A stretch of DNA of 64,000 nt, taken from positions 142,786,001 to 142,850,000 of the forward strand of contig OX597816.1 in assembly GCA_951406725.2 (NCBI GenBank), given 5' to 3'. Both the position numbers and the translations under genes were made by a program. The number at the start of each line of letters is the position of its first letter. Position 1 is the stretch's first letter. The DNA comes from Octopus vulgaris (lineage: Eukaryota). Shown piece by piece: positions 53,295 through 64,000 of this stretch. Below the pieces are notes generated by a model, which saw only the letters and a list, made by a program, of their open reading frames with translations, was not told the DNA's origin and searched no databases.

Positions 53295-54494
53295 TTAGGT
53301 TGTCAAGAAAGTTCTTGCAGAATTTTTATTTTTAGTTTTAAATTATGTATTTTCAAATTAATTTTCATTAAATTACTTTGACTTTATATATCATTTTAAA
53401 GCCCATTTTTCGCTCTCTCTAATCATGTTACTCTTTTTCGTTTTGAATAATTAGGCCATTTTTTCCACAATGTTGAATACATGGACAAAAAGCAAATTCT
53501 TATTCCAGTTCAAGCTAGGCCGAAAAGCTGCTGAAACAGCTCACGATATCAACGATGCACTTGGCCCAGGAACCACTAATGAACATACAACACAATGGTG
53601 GTTCAAGAAATTTCGTAGTGGTGATGAGTCTTGAAGATGATAAGCGTAGTGGTCAGCCATCGGATGTTGACAATGATCAACTAAGAGCCTTAGTGGAAGC
53701 CAATCCACACACAACTGTTCGAGAGCTGAATCAGACGTAACGTATACAACAATTTCCAACTACTTGAAAGAGATTGGAAAAAGAAAAAAAACTTGAGAAA
53801 TTGGTGCCGCACAAATTGAACAACAACCAAAAGAAAACACCATTTTGAAGTGTCGTCTTCCCTTCTTTTACACAATAAGAATGACCCGGATTGTGACTTG
53901 CAATGAAAGTGGATTCTTTACAATAACTGGCAACGCTCAGCTCTGGTTGGATGCCAACGAAGCTCCATGGCACTTCTCGAGGCCAAAGTTGCACAAAAAG
54001 ATCATGGTGTCTATTTGGTGGTCTGCAGCTGATCACAGCATTTTGGATCCAGACAAAGCCATTATGGCATAGAAGTACTGTCAGCAAATGGATGAAATGC
54101 ATAAGAAACTCCAATAACAACAGCCAGCATTGGTCAATAGAAAAGGACCAATTCTTCTCCACAACGCTCGACCACACGTCACACAATTGACCCTCATCTG
54201 CCATACTCACCAGACCTCTCGCCTACCGACTACCACTTTTTCAAGCATCTCGACAACTTCCTGCATGAGAAATGCTTCAAAAACCAAGATGATGCCAAAC
54301 ACGCATTCAACAACTTCATTGCCACCAGAATGCAGGATTTTTATGCTACTGGTAGAAATAAACTTGTTTTGCATTGGTAAAAGTGTGTTGATTCTGATGA
54401 TGTTTATTTCTATTAATAAAGTTTTGTTTGAGCCGAGATATGTGCATCTGAATTTAAAGGTTAAAAACCGCTAGAACTTTCTTGACAAACCTAA
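53295..54494 (+). mobile_element. Full-length decayed mariner transposon (Hsmar1/cecropia-like), 1200 bp
   Basis: TIRs TTAGGTTGTCAAGAAAGTTCT / AGAACTTTCTTGACAAACCTAA with TA on both sides. Frameshifted transposase from ATG 53481: FKLGRKAAETAHDIN, QWWFKKFRSGDESLEDDKRSGQP, RIVTCNE, LLHNARPH, YSPDLSPTDYHFF. Confidence 0.92.
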
Positions 54495-55705
54495 TACTTA
54501 AGCATTGCATTACTAATTCAAGTTACAGTCATAAGTTTGAGCTTTAAGAAAAACTAGGCATAAGTGGAATTAGACTCATTGTACTAGGTAGGACTCTGTA
54601 CTCATGTGGATATGTGATGCCTTTGGAACACTTCTTTACAGTTGAGTAAAGAAGTGTTAAGCAAGCCAAATGAAAGAGAAAACCCTCAAAAGAAGTGAAG
54701 GCTGAGCTCAAAACCTTATGAATGAGATGAGTGACTGTAAGAAGTGCTGATACACCCTGCTAGAAAAGACATGTTCAACCCTTACAAGCATGAAAAAAAA
54801 CAAACATAAAAATGATGGGGATGATTTAGAAATTAGTGGATAATGAAGTAAAGTGGCATGTGTTATTTGTTACATGCTTTTACATTCTATGTGCAAATCC
54901 CACAGGGTTAACTTTGTCTTTCATCCCTCTGGTATCTAAACAAAATATCAGCGAATTTCTACTTTAAAATGCCTACACTTCCCCCAAATCAGTCACCTTA
55001 TACCTATCTTAATTATCATTAAGAGCAATATATGGCAGAATTAGCGATAATTTTGGCAAATCAATAATCTTCTGTGACCCTTTTTTTTTTTTGATATCTA
55101 ATAAACTTTTCTTTGAGAGCCTTTTACTTTTACATCACAGAAGCAACACTGCTATTGCTGGTACCACAATAAAAGGTACCCAGGATACTCCATAAAGTGA
55201 TCAGCAGCTAAACAGATAAAATGAGATGAGGCAAATAGTCTCAAAAATTAATCTTAACATCAACATCTTGACTCAGATATTTACACATTAAATCTGCATA
55301 ACAAAGGTACAAGCATGGCTAAGAAGTTTGTTTCACAACCACATGGTTTCAGGTTCAGTCCTACTGTACAGCACCTTGGGTAAATGTTTCCTTTAATCCC
55401 TGTCTGACCAAAGCCTTAAGAATGGATTTGGTGGACAGATTGTTTTTACATCCACTTTTTCCTTTCCTTTCCAAATTAGACAGAATTTGTTGATGCAGAT
55501 TTCTATAGCCAGATTGTCACCAACCCTCACTTGTTTCCATGTAAGGTAATATTTCCAATTGACCAGAAATATTTTCACAGGAGGACAGCACTTGCTTGAC
55601 AGTGATACTTTCTTATAACTATCATGTGAGGTCAAAGCAAGGGGACAGTAATACACATATACATGTGTGTATATATATAACAGTGACATGTGAAAAGCAC
55701 CTAGC

Positions 55706-55860
55706 ACATTGTTAAGTGGTTGGCATTAGGAGGGGCATCTAGACATAGAAACCACGCCACAGTAAACAGAATCCAAACAGCTTGCTGCTAGCCAGCTCCA
55801 TGTCAAACCATCCAACCCATGCCAGTATGGAGAGCAGACATTAAACAATGATGACGATGA
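55706..55860 (+). mobile_element. Old RTE-type 3' end fragment
   Basis: AAGTGGTTGGCATTAGGAGGGGCATC...CCAACCCATGCCAGTATGGAGAGCAGACATTAAACAATGATGACGATGA. Confidence 0.7.
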
Positions 55861-55879
55861 CAGTCTTCTTTTAGTTTCC

Positions 55880-56104
55880 TATTTCTTTATTGCCCACAAG
55901 GAGCTAAACATAGAGGGGACAAACAAGGACAGACAAAGGGATTAAGTCGATTACATCGACCCCAGTGCGTAACTGGTACTTAATTTATCGACCCTAAAAG
56001 GATGAAAGGCAAAGTCGACCTCAGCAGAATTTGAACTCAGAACGTAACAGCAGACGAAATACCACTGAGCATTTCACTGGCATGCTAACGTTTCTGCCAG
56101 CTCA
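55880..56104 (-). mobile_element. Young tRNA-derived SINE with 16-bp target site duplication, nested in an older SINE
   Basis: Reverse copy of 32427-32651. TSD TCTTCTTTTAGTTTCC at 55864-55879 and 56105-56120. Confidence 0.88.
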
Positions 56105-56257
56105 TCTTCTTTTAGTTTCCATCTACCAAATCCACTCACAATGCTATAATAGAAGACTCTAAAGGTGCCATGAACCCACAATCATGCAACTGGAAAGCAA
56201 ACTTCTTGCCACACAGTCACATCTGAGCCTACCATGCACACACACTCACACACGCAT

Positions 56258-56625
56258 ATTCTTTTACTTGTTTCAGTCATTTGACTGCAGTCATGCTGGA
56301 ACACCACCTTGAAGGGTTTTTGTTGAACAAATTGACCCCAGGAGATTTTTTTAAGCCTTGTACTTATTCTATTGAACTCTTTTACTGAACTGCTAAGTTA
56401 CAGGGATGCAAACACACCAACACCAGTTGTCAAGTGGAAATGAGAGGAACAGACACATAGACACACACACACACATACATTTATATACAATGGGCTTCTT
56501 TCAGTTTCCATCTACCAAAATCAAATCCCAAGGCTACAGTAGAAAACACTTGCTCAAGGTGCCATGCAGTGGGAATGAACCTAGAACCATGTGGTTGGGA
56601 AGCAAGCCTCTTACCACACAATAGC
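56258..56625 (-). mobile_element. tRNA-derived SINE (family of 4911-5263)
   Basis: Collinear with the 4911-5263 copy. Confidence 0.85.
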
Positions 56626-56697
56626 CAGTCTCTTGCTACTCTGAGTTTCACCTGTAGATGCACAAGATCTTCAATGGATATATATATTATATTATAT

Positions 56698-57947
56698 TGT
56701 TACGGAATCACCCGTCGTCGCCCGTCCCGAACGACTCACACACAAGTTCCGCCACGGAACCCAAAGAGGCGGAGAGAGGAGATACAGATAGATACTGCCA
56801 CAACCTCAACAGCACAGAGATACAGAGGCAAGGCAACAACTGGCAACACTGGCTTATATTCAAACAACAGTTTATACGACAATTAATTGCTACACATCAA
56901 ATACATCAAAGCATGCACGTGACTACTCAATACATAATACAACAGATCAATGCATAATACAACATCAAGTAACAATATAACAGTGTTCAGTAACGACACA
57001 ACAAGTCCAGATCAAATAATGTTCACGATACGTCACAGTCCAATCAGAACACTTCGATACATTATACAATGTTCGTATCACAACAATCCACGTTACAATT
57101 CAACAAGTCCTTTACTCTTCTTCTTCACAATGTCCTTTATCGACCACATCGACAGAGTCCTTGACTGTTCAATACACAAATCACATACCTTGATTCCTAA
57201 CTGAATCGCCAGTGTCCCATTCTGCACTCATCTCTTAATACTGCTAAATCCTCTGAATACTCTGCTAATTCCCCTCTGTGCATATTCCAATCGCTTGCTC
57301 CTAGGCCTCCTCGCATCCCAGCTCGCTCCCAGGAATCCCAACGCTTGCTCCTTAAATCCAAGGTTCCATCCACTCGCTCTGACCTCCAGAGTCCGTCTGT
57401 GTTCTTCGACGACCGCTCAACGACTCCCTTCTTGACGACCAGCTACCAACTACCCAGATCCGTCCTTCCTGACGACCAACTGCGAACTGCCAGACCTCAC
57501 TTCGTCTCTGTCCTTCTTCCACTGCCTCAGTCTCCCTCTGTCTATATCGCTCCTCCCCTTTCTAACTGCTCTCTGATTCCTTACTCTATCTATATCGCCT
57601 CAATCCCTTAGCCTCTCTATCTGTCCCTTACTGCTTATCCTTTCTATTTGCCCTCTGCTCTTACTCTATCGCTATCGCCTGCCAGACTCTTAGCCTCTCC
57701 ATCCGTCCCTTACTGCTTATACTCTATCTCTATTTGCTCTCAGCCCTTAATCTGTCCCTTTTCTTTCACATTCTCCTGACCCTCTTCTCAGCCGCACGAG
57801 GTCACAGGTCATTCCAAAACCCATTAGTCCTCCATTAGACAAAAGACTGTCACATTTTCACCAGACATACTGGAACCATATCCACGATGTGGGTCACCAG
57901 AAACACTACACTAATTAAACCCGAAATGCACTTAGCCAACCGTAACA
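56698..57947 (-). repeat. 3' LTR (1250 bp)
   Basis: Direct repeat of 59949-61208 at offset 3261. TG...CA termini. Confidence 0.95.
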
Positions 57948-57962
57948 CTACCCCCTACCTAA
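57948..57962 (-). promoter_or_regulatory. Polypurine tract
   Basis: Minus strand TTAGGTAGGGGGTAG immediately before the 3' LTR. Confidence 0.8.
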
Positions 57963-59884
57963 GCTTTTGTCGACCCGACAAAGCATAACAAAACTCGCAC
58001 CTCCGAGCAGCAGACTCTCCAGGGGCTGGGGGTCCCCTTGGGTGGTTTCTCCTCCGGGGGTCTCACCTCCCACGGCCACCACTTCAGCACCAGCCACAGG
58101 TTGGCACCTTCCCTCTGCGGCTTGGGTAACACCTCCGCCAACGCCGCCAGGCTTCCTACTAGCCGCCCACAATAGGCGCACCGTCCGAGGAAGTTCCTCA
58201 AATCCCTCACACAAGAAGGGTCCGGCCAATCCTTCACAGTGGCCACCTTCCTCAGGGCTCTATAGCCCACGTAGCATCTTGCTGTACCATCTCCATTCCG
58301 CGCAATTATCGCTGACGACCACGGACCATTCTGTCCTTTCACTGCTCCCTGTCGCCGATATCTCCTCTTGCGCTGCTGTACTGGGGCCTTCCTCCGGCCT
58401 CGCTGCTTCCTCAAGCGACGACCGCCTTGGTCGACGAAACGTTCTGCCCGGTCCGTGCGACCAGCATCCAACAACCCTCGCGACCAACGTCCTGCGCTCT
58501 TCACCAACGGTTGCTTCTTCCGCAACTGCATCAGCGGACCACGATCTCCCTTGACTTCATCACTGCACCGGCAGAACTGACACCGCCGCTGGTTTATCGT
58601 CCGGCGCAGTTCCACGATTTGCCCTCTGCAAATCGCCTGCGCAGCCTTCAATAACTCGGCCGACCCAACCAGCGCTCTGTCAGACTCTGCCTCCACCAGG
58701 GTCCAGCCGACCCTCAATTGAGTTCCTATTCCGCACTGCATGTCGGGCTCCACCGGCCCCACGCAACCATCGAACACAGCGCTCCCCCAAGTGCCAACAA
58801 AGCACCAGCGACTCCTTGCGGACCGCCTCCTCAACTGCATCCGTGGGCCACCAACTCCTTCAACTGCGTTGCCGTACCGGCAGAACTGGCCCCACCACTG
58901 GTTCGCCATCTGGCACGATTCCTCGATTTGCCTTCTGCAAATCGCCTGTGCCACTTCCAAAAGATCGGCCGATCCAGCCAGCGCTCCACCAGCTTCTGCT
59001 TCCACTAGGGTCCACCCGACCCTCAATCGAGCTTTCACTAGGCACTGCCTGTCGGGCTCCACCGGCCCCAAGCAACCATCAACCACAAAGCTCACCCAAC
59101 GCTGAAGCAGTCTTCCTGGTCTCAGTGGACCCACCACCGTTCGCAGCCGTCTCGCCTCGTCAACGGGCCTGGTCCTTTTCCTCACCAGCTTCCGTACCGC
59201 AGGCCTCACAACATGCACGCTCGGCCGCCGGTCCATCCACGCCTGTGGCCTCTCCACAGTGGGAAACATACAGTCCCTCTGGGCCCCAAGAGACAGGAGT
59301 CCAGACACCAAAGGACCCGCACACGGCATAGCACCTGCCGCGACCATCACACACAGAGCCGGAACCTCGGACTCAGCGACATTCGCCCCAGACCTCGCCA
59401 GCTCGTCGTCCTGAGCTCCGAGAGACAGGGGTCGAGATGCCAAGGGCTCCAGACACGGAACAACAGCATCAGCCATAACACCTTCCACAGGCCTTTTGGT
59501 TACTTCAACCTCTACGGGTTCCAAATTACAAGATTTCTTGGGTACAGCGTCACAAACTTCGGCAACCAGCCCAGGTTCCGCAAACACAGCCGGTCCAGCA
59601 TCACAGATTTCGGCAACACTTCCTTCACTATCTGTTTCCCTCGATGCTTCGTTCGACGGGCAATCTCTGCCCACAGGACCGTCGCTATCCTCGGTCCAAC
59701 ACCGATCCTTCAAAGCTGACCCATCCGCAACCTCAAGCTCCCGCTGATCTGCCCACAGGCCCTGTCGCCTCTTGTCCATTCTTTCCATGAACGCGTCCGT
59801 CTGCGCCATCTGGCCCCTCAACATCTCCACAATCAGGGCAAGCGAAATCTCCTCGTCTCCGGTCTGACAACCAGACAAATCCAT
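57959..59884 (-). CDS. 641-aa ORF filling the LTR element interior: Gag-like N-terminus, 103-aa internal duplication, non-catalytic RT relics
   Basis: First ATG at 59884. GPWSSAIIARNGDGTARCYVGYRAL resembles Gypsy RT SPWxSPxxxVxKKDGxxRxCVDYRxLN. VKDWPDPSCVRDLRNFLGRCAYCGRLV resembles the RT thumb WPxPxxxKELRSFLGLxxYYRRFV. No YxDD, RNase H or integrase. Confidence 0.7.
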   Translation of the reverse strand: MDLSGCQTGDEEISLALIVEMLRGQMAQTDAFMERMDKRRQGLWADQRELEVADGSALKDRCWTEDSDGPVGRDCPSNEASRETDSEGSVAEICDAGPAVFAEPGLVAEVCDAVPKKSCNLEPVEVEVTKRPVEGVMADAVVPCLEPLASRPLSLGAQDDELARSGANVAESEVPALCVMVAAGAMPCAGPLVSGLLSLGAQRDCMFPTVERPQAWMDRRPSVHVVRPAVRKLVRKRTRPVDEARRLRTVVGPLRPGRLLQRWVSFVVDGCLGPVEPDRQCLVKARLRVGWTLVEAEAGGALAGSADLLEVAQAICRRQIEESCQMANQWWGQFCRYGNAVEGVGGPRMQLRRRSARSRWCFVGTWGSAVFDGCVGPVEPDMQCGIGTQLRVGWTLVEAESDRALVGSAELLKAAQAICRGQIVELRRTINQRRCQFCRCSDEVKGDRGPLMQLRKKQPLVKSAGRWSRGLLDAGRTDRAERFVDQGGRRLRKQRGRRKAPVQQRKRRYRRQGAVKGQNGPWSSAIIARNGDGTARCYVGYRALRKVATVKDWPDPSCVRDLRNFLGRCAYCGRLVGSLAALAEVLPKPQREGANLWLVLKWWPWEVRPPEEKPPKGTPSPWRVCCSEVRVLLCFVGSTKA

Positions 59885-59927
59885 AGCGAAAAAAAAGAAA
59901 AACCGATCGAAACGCAGCAATCAGGAC

Positions 59928-59946
59928 AATCCCACTTCTGACACCA
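59928..59946 (-). promoter_or_regulatory. Primer binding site complementary to tRNA-Leu 3' end
   Basis: Minus strand TGGTGTCAGAAGTGGGATT, 2 nt after the 5' LTR. The + strand AATCCCACTTCTGACACCA matches the metazoan tRNA-Leu(CAA-type) 3' end including CCA. Confidence 0.88.
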
Positions 59947-59948
59947 GT

Positions 59949-61208
59949 TGTTACGAAACGGAGCGGAATCACCCGTCGTCGCCCGTCCCGAACGGCTCAC
60001 ACACAAGTTCCGCCACGGAACCCAAAGAGGCGGAGAGAGGAGATACAGATAGATACTGCCACAACCTCAACAGCACAGAGATACAGAGGCAAGGCAACAA
60101 CTGGCAACACTGGCTTATATTCAAACAACAGTTTATACGACAATTAATTGCTACACATCAAATACATCAAAGCATGCACGTGACTACTCAATACATAATA
60201 CAACAGATCAATGCATAATACAACATCAAGTAACAATATAACAGTGTTCAGTAACGACACAACAAGTCCAGATCAAATAATGTTCACGATACGTCACAGT
60301 CCAATCAGAACACTTCGATACATTATACAATGTTCGTATCACAACAATCCACGTTACAATTCAACAAGTCCTTTACTCTTCTTCTTCACAATGTCCTTTA
60401 TCGACCACATCGACAGAGTCCTTGACTGTTCAATACACAAATCACATACCTTGATTCCTAACTGAATCGCCAGTGTCCCATTCTGCACTCATCTCTTAAT
60501 ACTGCTAAATCCTCTGAATACTCTGCTAATTCCCCTCTGTGCATATTCCAATCGCTTGCTCCTAGGCCTCCTCGCATCCCAGCTCGCTCCCAGGAATCCC
60601 AACGCTTGCTCCTTAAATCCAAGGTTCCATCCACTCGCTCTGACCTCCAGAGTCCGTCTGTGTTCTTCGACGACCGCTCAACGACTCCCTTCTTGACGAC
60701 CAGCTACCAACTACCCAGATCCGTCCTTCCTGACGACCAACTGCGAACTGCCAGACCTCACTTCGTCTCTGTCCTTCTTCCACTGCCTCAGTCTCCCTCT
60801 GTCTATATCGCTCCTCCCCTTTCTAACTGCTCTCTGATTCCTTACTCTATCTATATCGCCTCAATCCCTTAGCCTCTCTATCTGTCCCTTACTGCTTATC
60901 CTTTCTATTTGCCCTCTGCTCTTACTCTATCGCTATCGCCTGCCAGACTCTTAGCCTCTCCATCCGTCCCTTACTGCTTATACTCTATCTCTATTTGCTC
61001 TCAGCCCTTAATCTGTCCCTTTTCTTTCACATTCTCCTGACCCTCTTCTCAGCCGCACGAGGTCACAGGTCATTCCAAAACCCATTAGTCCTCCATTAGA
61101 CAAAAGACTGTCACATTTTCACCAGACATACTGGAACCATATCCACGATGTGGGTCACCAGAAACACTACACTAATTAAACCCGAAATGCACTTAGCCAA
61201 CCGTAACA
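59949..61208 (-). repeat. 5' LTR (1260 bp)
   Basis: Repeat of 56698-57947 with an extra 10 bp (AAACGGAGCG) and one A/G difference near its low-coordinate (U5) end. Confidence 0.95.
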
Positions 61209-61240
61209 ATATATATATATATATACACACACACAAAATA

Positions 61241-62240
61241 GATACCATTACATGCCAGAGGGGAAACTAGAAGTAGCTGATAGCTTCCATTACCTAGGTG
61301 ACCAAAACAGTAGTGGGGGTGGATGCTCTGGGAGTGTAGCTGCTAGAATAAGAATAGCCTGGGCAAAGTTCAGAGAGCTGCTACCTCTGCTGGTAACAAA
61401 GGGCCTTTTTCTCAGAGTGAAAGGTAGATTTTTTGATGCATGTGTGTGAACAGCCATACTACACAGCTTGACAGAAATGAAGCTAGTATGCTCCACTGGA
61501 TGTGTAATGTCAGTGTGCATACATAACAGAGTGTAAGTGCCCTGAGAGAAAAGTTGGACATAAGAAGCATCAGATGTGGTGTGCAAGAGAGATGACTGCA
61601 CTGGTATGGTCATGTGTTGTGTATAGATGGGGACAGCTGTGGAAGGAACCTGTGGTAGAGGTAGACCTAGGAAGACATGGGATGAGGTGGTGAGGCATGA
61701 CCTTCAAACGTTGGGCCTTACAGAGGCAATGACATGTGACTGAGACTTTGGAAGATATGCTGTGCTTGAGAAGACCTGGCAAGCCAAGTGAGATCATAGC
61801 CATGGCTGAAGCCAGTGTTGCATAACCAGCCTGTTTAAAAGTACCCTTAAATCATCGGGCAATATGCTGTGCTTGAGAAGACCTGTTGAGTCAAGTGAAA
61901 TCATAGTTGTGGATGATGCCAGTACTGACTGACTGGCGCCAGTGGCACATCAAAAGCAACATTCAAGCATGGCCAATGCCAGTACTGGTGGCATGTAAAA
62001 AGCACCATTTGAGCATGGTCAATGCCAGTGCTGCCTGACTGGCTACCATGTCAGTGGCACGTAAAAAACACCCTCTACACTCTCGGAGTGGTTGCCATTA
62101 AGAAGGGCATCCAGCTGTAGAGACGTTGCCAGATCAGATTGGAGCCTGGTGCAGCCTCCTGGCTTGCCAGTCCACAGTCAAAACCTTCCAGCTCGTGCCA
62201 GCATGGAAAGCAGACGTTAAACAATGATGATGATGATGAT
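61241..62240 (+). mobile_element. 5'-truncated RTE-clade LINE with decayed RT C-terminus, repetitive 3' UTR and (GAT)n tail
   Basis: KLEVADSFHYLGDQ..SGGGCS.SVAARIRIAWAKFRELLPLL..LRVKGR..DACV, later LHWYGHV and RGRPRKTWDEVVRHDL, which are typical RTE motifs. Confidence 0.88.
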
Positions 62241-63239
62241 ATATAATGTATGTGTGTGTGTGTGTGTGTGTGCATTTGTGTCTTGTTTTGACATCTCATG
62301 ATAACTGTAAACAAACAGCACCATCATGCTAGTGGTGTCATTCCATTGCAACTTTCCATGAGATCTCCAGCCTTTGTGTTGTTCTTGCACAAAGGACTAA
62401 TGGATGTATAACTCCCCTTGGAAACAGGTAAGCTTTGGCAACAGGAAGAGTATCTAACCATATATAAAAGCTATCTCAGTGAATTTCATCTGACCTTGTA
62501 AAAATGAAAAAGTGGATCTTAATATGATGAAGATGTTTCAGTAATAATTGAATACCAATATTGTATTTTATGTTGTACATTAGCATCATTAGTTATAGGT
62601 TTCAGAATAATAAAGGAGTGTCTGTAACTCAGTTCAGAACAAATATTGTAAAAGGTTTCATTCAAAAGGGGCTGGGTTTTCTTGTTTTCTCACTGATGTT
62701 TAGCTCTTTCACCATTATAGGTGAGCAAAAGTTATTTATTTGTGTGTGTGCTAACAACACACACACACACACACACACATACACACACAGATTCTTGTGC
62801 TTAGTCCAAAGCTATGCTAGAAAGTGCTTGCCAGAGATGCTGAATTCAGAAACCTCTTAACCACGCAACTATGCCTGGATTCTGATAATTACAAAATACC
62901 AAAACCTTTAAATGTATTAAGATGAAATGAGTATAAAAATGGTGGACTCTCCCTCAGTCTTGGCAATAAGCATTCAGTTGTTCAACCTGCTGAATTCTTT
63001 CTTGTAAAACTGTAAGCAGTCAAGAATTCCACAGATACATGTACAGTTTACACAATTCTCAGGTCAAATGAACATGATACAATATGATAAAGCTTGACCT
63101 TTGAATTATATATACTATCCAGAGACAGATAGACGAGAAAAATAACTCTGTACTAGACTGAAAGGATAAAAGACAAAGCTGACCTCAGTAGGTTTTGAAG
63201 TCAGGGCACAGATTCAAAACAACTTGCTTGATATGGCTT

Positions 63240-63430
63240 CTAGATCTATGGTACAAGCTTCCTGTTTTAAAATGAACTAAATTAAAACCTTCCAATAAAA
63301 TTTCATGTTAATTTATGTTACAAACATCAGCTTCATAAAGATAAAGTTATCTTAATTCTTATTTTCAAAATTAATTGAAACAAAAAGCAGTGTATTTCAA
63401 CAGGAATATGGTAACAAAATGGTAATGAAA
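63240..63430. mobile_element. Fragment of the piggyBac-like MITE family seen at 3930-4174 and 47371-47623
   Basis: Shared TTTTCAAAATTAATTGAAA...GCAGTGTATTTCA..A.ATATGGTAA block. Confidence 0.55.
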
Positions 63431-64000
63431 TTATTCTACTAATTCACTGTAATTAATTAGTATTAGTGTAAGTGTAATACTAATTAAGTTGAAATTCACA
63501 GCTCACATTTTACTGAGTAGTTTGTTAGGCCCAATCACTATATTACAGTGAAAGAATCATGGATCAAGATTGTAAGGTAATAGACTAATAATAAAGACAG
63601 ATACTTACACTAATATAAAGTAAACAGTAGAGTATAATTTTAGAAAATATTTTCTAAGAATAAACTACCTGTAACAGAGAGTATCTAGCAAAGGTTCTTA
63701 AAACTGAGAAACTATCAACTGACAGCTATTGTTTGCCAAGGGGTTTGTTGAATTGACAAACTCCTTCTTACAAAGAATAGCTTTAGAAATGTGTTTGCTT
63801 TTGCTTACCACATCTAAATAAAATGTCATGAAACCATAAAAGAGTAATGAAAAACTTCTCAAATATTTTGAACACAATTGCATGATATAGGGAAGCTTGA
63901 AAGCAATTTACATACTACTTGGCCATCAATGTGGTTTCTCCTAAATATACCTTTGTGTGTGTGTGTGTGTTTGGGAATGATTGATCTAAAGGAGACCATT

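Larger units (their letters stand above)
56698..61208 (-). mobile_element. Young non-autonomous Gypsy-like LTR retrotransposon, 4511 bp
   Basis: Two near-identical LTRs with TGTTACG...CGTAACA ends, ATAT target duplication (56694-56697, 61209-61212), PBS and PPT in minus orientation. Confidence 0.95.

Noticed and set aside
57967-59747. Several 70-195 aa + strand ORFs inside the LTR element
   Set aside because: Antisense shadows of a GC-rich ORF, with no motifs and low-complexity S/P/T/R composition
59928-59946. tRNA-Leu gene fragment or integration site
   Set aside because: Only the 3' 19 nt including CCA are present, adjacent to an LTR. This is a primer binding site.
56950-60872. Identical ORF pairs of 84 aa and 88 aa
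   Set aside because: They simply reflect the two LTR copies. No coding evidence.

Overview
AT-rich, strongly CpG-depleted animal genomic DNA full of microsatellites. The SINE and RTE families look like those of Octopus (inference; no search run). Most ORFs in the supplied track are noise. Positions ~1-50.6 kb are the 3' part of a + strand NKAIN gene (Na+/K+-ATPase-interacting protein). It has an 85-nt exon at 24628-24712 encoding (F)DFIGGFDSY...SHMQLQPLYS, a terminal exon starting at 47820 that can be read in two frames, several candidate alternative exons and a ~2.4 kb 3' UTR. The upstream NKAIN exons appear to lie outside the window. Downstream of the gene is a nest of transposable elements. 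It holds Penelope-like GIY-YIG fragments (one carrying a tRNA-like Pol III module next to a hammerhead ribozyme), a Tc1 relic, a full-length decayed mariner, SINEs and an RTE LINE. It also holds a very young 4.5 kb non-autonomous Gypsy-like LTR element whose interior is one intact 641-codon ORF with only non-catalytic RT relics. The most interesting items are the frame-switching NKAIN C-terminus, the tRNA plus hammerhead Penelope terminus, the odd LTR element and a perfect 43-bp intronic hairpin.
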